In this document: piece after piece, positions 58,651-64,000 of the stretch
How the letters are laid out: every line of letters begins with the position of its first letter
Numbering within the stretch: the first letter of the stretch is position 1
NCBI GenBank assembly: GCA_032249235.1
Contig: JAVVGF010000001.1
Coordinates: 96,001-160,000, forward strand
Origin: Thermoproteota archaeon
Lineage (GTDB): Archaea > Thermoproteota > Thermoprotei > Gearchaeales > Gearchaeaceae
Direction: 5' to 3'
Length of the DNA stretch: 64,000 nt
Translations under genes and position numbers: made by a program
Notes under the pieces: generated by a model
Database searches by the model: none
What the model saw: only the letters and a program-made list of their open reading frames with translations
Told to the model about the DNA's origin: nothing

Positions 58651-59832
58651 ATGAGAAAAGTAGGAATAATAGGAGTAGGTCATTCAAAATTTGGAGTTAG
58701 AAATGATGTGAACATGAATGAGCTTGTTCTAGAAAGCTTTAAGCCAGCCTTAGATGAGGCAAATATTGATCTCAAAGATATTTCTTTTCTTGTAGTATCT
58801 AATGTTGGACTTTGGAGTAGTGAAGAATTACCCGCGATAACGATAGCTGAATATTTGGGCTTAACAGGCAAAGGAGCTATGCGTATAGAAGCTGCATGTG
58901 CATCAGGAAGCGCCGCCTTGAAAGTTGCTCATGATATGATTAGCTCAGGCGAAGCTGAGATTGTAGCAGCTATAGGTGTAGAGAAAATGAATGAAAGCTT
59001 TACTCCTAACGTTGTTGAGATAATTGGAAGGGCTGGAAATTATTTCTGGGAATTTGAAAACTTCGGAATGACTTTTCCTGGTTATTATGCGATGTATGCC
59101 ACAGCTTATATGAGTGTATATGGTGCTACGGAGGAAGATTTAGGCGAGGTTGCGATAAAAAATCATTTTTATGGTGCTAAGAATCCTTTAGCCCATTTCC
59201 AAAAAGAAATAACGATGGAAGATTATCTTAAATCAAAATATGTAGCGTGGCCAATTAAACTTTTAGATTCAACACCTATATCTGATGGTGCTGTAACTGT
59301 AATATTAGCCAGCGAAGATGCAATAAGAAAAATTGGCTCTAAAGATGTTATTTGGATAAAATCAATTGGTTATTCGACTGATACTTCTAATCTGAGTAAA
59401 AGAAGTGATTTTCTTAGTCTTGAAGCCGCTAGAAGGGCTGCAGAAATAGCATATAAAAAAGCATCTATCGATCCTAGTAAAATAACTAATTTAATAGATG
59501 TTGCAGAAGTACATGATTGTTTCACAATAGCTGAAATTTTAGCATATGAAGATCTTGGTTTCTTCAAAAGAGGAGAGGGTTTTCTTGCGTTAAGAGAGAA
59601 ACAAACATATAGAGGTGGAAAAATACCTGTGAACTTAAGTGGAGGCCTAAAGGCTAAAGGTCATCCCATAGGCGCAACAGGACTATCAATGATAGCTGAG
59701 TTGACCAAACAATTAAAAAGACAAGTTGAGAAATCAAGACAGGCAGACATTAAAAATGGATGGGCTTTGGCTCATAATGTAGGAGGAACAGGTCATTATG
59801 CATATGTAACTATTTTATCTACGGAGAAATGA
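58651..59832 (+). CDS. Archaeal thiolase (SCP2-like acetyl-CoA acyltransferase)
   Basis: EAACASG, GVEKM, SDGA, EVHDCF, NLSGGL..KGHP.GATG, HNVGG. Confidence 0.94.
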   Translation: MRKVGIIGVGHSKFGVRNDVNMNELVLESFKPALDEANIDLKDISFLVVSNVGLWSSEELPAITIAEYLGLTGKGAMRIEAACASGSAALKVAHDMISSGEAEIVAAIGVEKMNESFTPNVVEIIGRAGNYFWEFENFGMTFPGYYAMYATAYMSVYGATEEDLGEVAIKNHFYGAKNPLAHFQKEITMEDYLKSKYVAWPIKLLDSTPISDGAVTVILASEDAIRKIGSKDVIWIKSIGYSTDTSNLSKRSDFLSLEAARRAAEIAYKKASIDPSKITNLIDVAEVHDCFTIAEILAYEDLGFFKRGEGFLALREKQTYRGGKIPVNLSGGLKAKGHPIGATGLSMIAELTKQLKRQVEKSRQADIKNGWALAHNVGGTGHYAYVTILSTEK

Positions 59833-60404
59833 AATCCCAAAAAGAGCAGTTTGATGAATTCTTAGAAACACTAGATAAAGCTGTTAAAGAAGCAAAAAGA
59901 GCAATAAAACTACCATTAATACCTGATCAAAAAACAGGCAAAATTCTTTGGATATCAAATAGAGAGCTAAAATTAAGATATGTCTTAAGTGTTGAAAACA
60001 TAAAAGAATTTTTTGAAGGACTGCTTCAAGGAAGATTGCTTGCATCGAAGTGCAAGCAATGTAATTCAATATATTTTCCTCCGCAAAAGTATTGCAATAA
60101 ATGTAAAAGTTCAGAAATGGGATGGCAAGAATTGAGCAATGAGGGAGAACTTTTAACCTTTACAAAAATTTCTGTAAAGCCTTATAGTTTTTCACATCTT
60201 GAAGACTATATTATTGGGATTGCAAGATTAAAAGAAGGAATTAATGTTCTCGCTTGGATTGATGAAAAAGACATATCTAAACTTAAGCGAGGCATGAAAG
60301 TAAAGTTAAAAGTTATTGAAAGAAGTGAAGAAGGATATCTAACTTACGGATTTATACCTGAATATAGTAATCTTGATTCAAGCTCAAAAGTATTCGAATC
60401 TTAG
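59829..60404 (+). CDS. DUF35 Zn-ribbon/OB-fold thiolase partner
   Basis: FFEGL..G.L.ASKC.QC...YFPP...C.KC, G.LLTFT; coupled to the thiolase gene. Confidence 0.9.
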   Translation: MKSQKEQFDEFLETLDKAVKEAKRAIKLPLIPDQKTGKILWISNRELKLRYVLSVENIKEFFEGLLQGRLLASKCKQCNSIYFPPQKYCNKCKSSEMGWQELSNEGELLTFTKISVKPYSFSHLEDYIIGIARLKEGINVLAWIDEKDISKLKRGMKVKLKVIERSEEGYLTYGFIPEYSNLDSSSKVFES

Positions 60405-60411
60405 CTTACTG

Positions 60412-61170
60412 CTAGTATCTTAAATACTTAATTTTAGGAAAAACCAAAACTTCTCCTTCTACGCTTATAGCTACCATTTCATCTATATCTATTTTTCTAA
60501 GAAAAGGCGATAATAATTCTTCTTTAGGCAATAAATTTATCTCTGTACCGCTCGCATAGTAACATATAGCAGGTAGGACTAGAATTTCTTTGTCTAACTT
60601 TCCATAAAGAAAACATTTCACTTTAATCTTGCTGCCCGTTTCAGAATATAAAACAATAGCTGGGTGTTCATGAGCCATTATTAAGAAATCTGCATTCCTC
60701 ATCAATTCTTCGCTTGGCATTTCTTCACCGTGAAAGAAAAGATAATTCATCATGAGAAATTCTTGTCTATAGACTTTCAATCTTAATTCTTTTGCAAATG
60801 CATCTACGTAGTTATCATGATTTCCTTTGATTAAGATGATTTCAACATTTTCGTTTAAAATTTCATTTCTAACATAGTTAACGAATGAATATAATTCGTC
60901 GATTTCTGAATCATCTACTTCATCAAATTCGTTTTTGATATCTCCAACGACTATAATTCTTTTGATATTTCCTTCTTTACTTACTTCTCTTACAACATTC
61001 TCTATTTGTTCAATAATATACTTTAGATTTAACTTCGGTAAAAAAACACCGTTTTTTGCAGCCACCCCTTCGTAACCTAAATGAAGATCAGCTAAAACAA
61101 TAGCGCTAAGGCTTTTTATATAAATTAGATAAGAATCCTTAAAAATAACAACATCTCCTTTAATCTCCAT
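60412..61170 (-). CDS. Metallophosphoesterase (Lhr-associated MPE type)
   Basis: ADLHLGYE, GD.K, GNHD, HG, HEHP, LPA. Confidence 0.88.
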   Translation of the reverse strand: MEIKGDVVIFKDSYLIYIKSLSAIVLADLHLGYEGVAAKNGVFLPKLNLKYIIEQIENVVREVSKEGNIKRIIVVGDIKNEFDEVDDSEIDELYSFVNYVRNEILNENVEIILIKGNHDNYVDAFAKELRLKVYRQEFLMMNYLFFHGEEMPSEELMRNADFLIMAHEHPAIVLYSETGSKIKVKCFLYGKLDKEILVLPAICYYASGTEINLLPKEELLSPFLRKIDIDEMVAISVEGEVLVFPKIKYLRY

Positions 61171-61226
61171 GATACATATTTTAGCACTTCGAAATAATAT
61201 TAAAATATTTTCATGTATTTGTTCTA

Positions 61227-61670
61227 TTGCTGGCGATGTATGAGGAGAAGCTAACAGGCAAAACTTTGCTTGTATATATGTATTTATTAAATAAAAATAG
61301 AGTTACTGCAAGAGAAGTAAAAGACGCCTTAGGATTATCAAGCACGAGTTTAGCTATTTATTATTTAGAAAGGTTATGTCAAATGGATCTTGCAGATAAA
61401 GAACCAGGTGGGCATTATGTTTTAAAGAAAAAAGTAGATATAGGCATATATAGTTTTTATGTTGGATTATATGGGTTTTATTTGCCAAAATTCTTACCTT
61501 ATGCAATTTTCTTTACTGTTCTTTTAATATCATATATTTATTTTTATTTGGATTCAATAAATTTATTTGCCTTATTTGCATTAATCTCTACATCTATAAT
61601 ATTTTGGTATGAAACTTTAAAATTATATTTTAAATTAAAATCACTATATAAGGGAAGAATTAAGCGCTAG
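61227..61670 (+). CDS. wHTH protein with C-terminal TM helices
   Basis: LTG.TL.VY.YLL.....AREV...LGLSS.SLA.Y.LE.L; two hydrophobic helices at the C-terminus. Confidence 0.75.
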   Translation: MLAMYEEKLTGKTLLVYMYLLNKNRVTAREVKDALGLSSTSLAIYYLERLCQMDLADKEPGGHYVLKKKVDIGIYSFYVGLYGFYLPKFLPYAIFFTVLLISYIYFYLDSINLFALFALISTSIIFWYETLKLYFKLKSLYKGRIKR

Positions 61671-64000
61671 CCAATTTTGTTCTTGCAATTACTAATTTAT
61701 CCAAATCCTCTTTGCTTATATTTAATTTCTGTAATATTGCTTGATGCAATTCTCTTAACTTCTTTCTTCTGTCTTTCATTAATATTACATCTGCTTCTCC
61801 AAACGTTATTAAAGTATGAGAGAATGGCGAAGGTACTTTTGTAGAAATGACTTTGTATTCAATTTCTTTATTTTTTATACTTTCTAAGATTTTCTTTGCA
61901 TTCGGCAAATCCATTATATCTTCTAAAATTTCTCTTATTGTTTCTTCAATTATAGGGAAGTTTGGATCTATTTTCTTGCATGCTTCTAATAGTATTTGAG
62001 AATTTATTTGTTGCTTATTTACACTTATTTTATATCCTTTATAATTTCTCAAAACTAAAAAGCTCCTTGTTGAATTATGTCTGAATTTTCTTTTCATCAA
62101 TTCTGTATATTCTAAATATTCCCTCAACAAATCTTCTAAGTTAGTATTGTATATTTCTTGGAATATTTCTGAGATTATTTTTTCATTAATTTTGCCATAA
62201 ACTTCTTTTGGTAATATAATTGAGAAACCATTATCATGAACAATAGTTCCTACATCAACATCAAATTTTCTACTTAAGATTATAGCAAATATTCGTGCAA
62301 GTGCATCGTTAGTCCTACGTCCATATAAAGCGTGGAATATGAGATGGTATCTTCCATCGAGATCCATCGTTTTTTCGATAAGCAATAGTTTATCATTGGG
62401 TATTACCTTTGCAAAAAGGAATTGCTCTAAAAAATATGACTTCATAGCTTTCTTTGAATGTTCATCTACAGGTAATTGATCTATTAACTCGCTGAAGTCT
62501 TCATTCTTTTTCAATTTCTCATATACTTTCCTTCTGAATTCTCCAATCCTCATTGCTAAATCGAAATTTAAAGGAAGTTGTTCAGAGAACCAAGGAGGTA
62601 TAGTAGGTGCTTCATTTTCCGTGCGCTCGACATAGCATCTCATACCTTTGCTATGGGAAAATCTATAAGTTTTACCTCCTAAGACAAATACATCGCCTTT
62701 CTTAAGTCTCATTAAGAATTCCTCTTCTATGTTTCCTATCCACTTCTTTTCAGGTAACAAAAATACATCTACTGAAACTTCATCTGGAATTGTACCTATG
62801 TTTAAAAAGTAAATTGTTCGAACATATCTTCCTCTTCTTCCGAACATTTGATCAGCTTCATCAAACCAAATTTTACCATAAACTTTTCTATCTTGCAATT
62901 CAACATAATGTCCAGCGAGGTATTTTAGAAGTTTTATGAATTTCTCTTCACTTAAATCCTTATATGGATAAGCTCTTCTTATTACTTTCAGTGCCTCATC
63001 TACATGCCATTTCTTATTAATAGCCATGCCTACAACATGTTGAGCTAAAACGTCTAGGCAATTTCTAGGCATATAAAATCTATCTAGTAAACGTTTATTC
63101 GCATAATACAACATAATAGCACATTCAACTAGATCATCTCTGTTCATTACGATAATTCTCCCAATTGAGACATCTTGGAATTTATGCCCACTTCTTCCTA
63201 TTCTTTGAATAGCTCTTGTAATAGATTTGGGCGATCCTAATTGAACCACAGTTCTTATATAACCTATATCTATACCTAATTCTAAACTAGTAGAAGAAAC
63301 TACTGCTTTTAACAATCCTTTTTTTAATCTCTCTTCAACATCCAATCTAACAATTCTCGATAAAGATCCATGATGAGCTGCAATTTCTTCATCTGTATAT
63401 TTGAATTTCTTCTTTAAGTTGAAAACTACCCTTTCTGTGCCACTTCTAGTATTTGTGAATATCAGTACAGTAGGAGAATTGGTTATGATTTCATGCAGAA
63501 TTTCATACATTCTATTTTCTATGACATCATCAGGAGTATAGATTAAATCTTCAACAGGAGAAATAACCTTCAAATCATATTGTTTTTCCCATGATACATC
63601 TACAATCCAGCATTCTCTGAAGTTTCCGTTATCATCTAAACCCATTAAAAACTTAGCAGCTTCTTCTATAGGGTGTAATGTTGCTCCCAAACCTATTCTT
63701 ATAAAGTCTCTTCCTAATAATTCTCTTAGTCTTTCAAGCGATACGGCTAAATGGACTCCTCTTTTATTGTTTGCTAATTCATGTATTTCATCTACTACTA
63801 CATATTTCACATTTTTTATCTTCTCAATGAACTTTGGTGAATTCAAGATGATAGCAAAGCTTTCAGGCGTCGTAACTAAAATATGTGGGGGCTTTTTGAG
63901 TTGTTTTTGTTTTTCGGAAGGAGATACGTCTCCGCTCCTAACTGCTACACGTATCTCAGGAATTTTTATGCCTTCTTTCTCTATCATAGCCTTAATTTCG
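61660..64000 (-). CDS. lhr: Lhr-family helicase (N-terminus beyond window edge)
   Basis: TTPES, DEIH, FTNTR, HHGSL, SLELGID.G, QRIGRSGH, DVLAQH, GTIPDE; frame open to the window end. Confidence 0.95.
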   Translation of the reverse strand, partial: EIKAMIEKEGIKIPEIRVAVRSGDVSPSEKQKQLKKPPHILVTTPESFAIILNSPKFIEKIKNVKYVVVDEIHELANNKRGVHLAVSLERLRELLGRDFIRIGLGATLHPIEEAAKFLMGLDDNGNFRECWIVDVSWEKQYDLKVISPVEDLIYTPDDVIENRMYEILHEIITNSPTVLIFTNTRSGTERVVFNLKKKFKYTDEEIAAHHGSLSRIVRLDVEERLKKGLLKAVVSSTSLELGIDIGYIRTVVQLGSPKSITRAIQRIGRSGHKFQDVSIGRIIVMNRDDLVECAIMLYYANKRLLDRFYMPRNCLDVLAQHVVGMAINKKWHVDEALKVIRRAYPYKDLSEEKFIKLLKYLAGHYVELQDRKVYGKIWFDEADQMFGRRGRYVRTIYFLNIGTIPDEVSVDVFLLPEKKWIGNIEEEFLMRLKKGDVFVLGGKTYRFSHSKGMRCYVERTENEAPTIPPWFSEQLPLNFDLAMRIGEFRRKVYEKLKKNEDFSELIDQLPVDEHSKKAMKSYFLEQFLFAKVIPNDKLLLIEKTMDLDGRYHLIFHALYGRRTNDALARIFAIILSRKFDVDVGTIVHDNGFSIILPKEVYGKINEKIISEIFQEIYNTNLEDLLREYLEYTELMKRKFRHNSTRSFLVLRNYKGYKISVNKQQINSQILLEACKKIDPNFPIIEETIREILEDIMDLPNAKKILESIKNKEIEYKVISTKVPSPFSHTLITFGEADVILMKDRRKKLRELHQAILQKLNISKEDLDKLVIARTKLASA

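Noticed and set aside
58573-58683. N-terminal extension of EtfB in the ORF track
   Set aside because: Non-homologous, overlaps the divergent thiolase start and spans the promoter region; ATG 58572 fits the family.

Overview
Compact, AT-rich (roughly 30% GC by eye) archaeal chromosome segment, most consistent with a TACK/Thermoproteota-related lineage (GINS23-MCM, XPB-Bax1, Pus10-rpl21e-rpo4-DUF655, intron-containing CCA-less tRNAs); the taxonomy is an inference. It is mostly core genome: translation and tRNA maturation (cca, trpS, sua5, pus10, srp54, aIF5A, nob1, NSun6-like, queD-queC-folE2), a dense replication/repair cluster (orc1/cdc6, rfcS/L, gins, mcm, hel308, mre11/rad50, xpb-bax1, MPE, lhr, nurA-HAS barrel-herA), Tat export, and acyl-CoA catabolism (fadD, etfAB, thiolase-DUF35). 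Six tRNA genes are present, three with introns. Decayed genes (GGR-family reductase, MNT-HEPN toxin-antitoxin) lie between tRNA-Met and tRNA-Arg. The least-explained material is an RNA island at 34.9-35.9 kb. It holds a 59-nt tRNA-Tyr intron that folds into a cis H/ACA-like guide poised on U35, an Sm/Lsm-HTH fusion gene, a C/D-box sRNA predicted to direct Cm34 of tRNA-Leu(CAA), and a 52-aa Zn-finger microprotein missed by the ORF track. Also notable are a split-barrel/MenA prenyltransferase fusion operon, a bacterial-looking NurA-HerP-HerA/SbcCD set, and a single-gene inversion of rpl21e. No CRISPR array, integrase, transposase or rRNA was seen. All calls come from motif reading, with no database searches.
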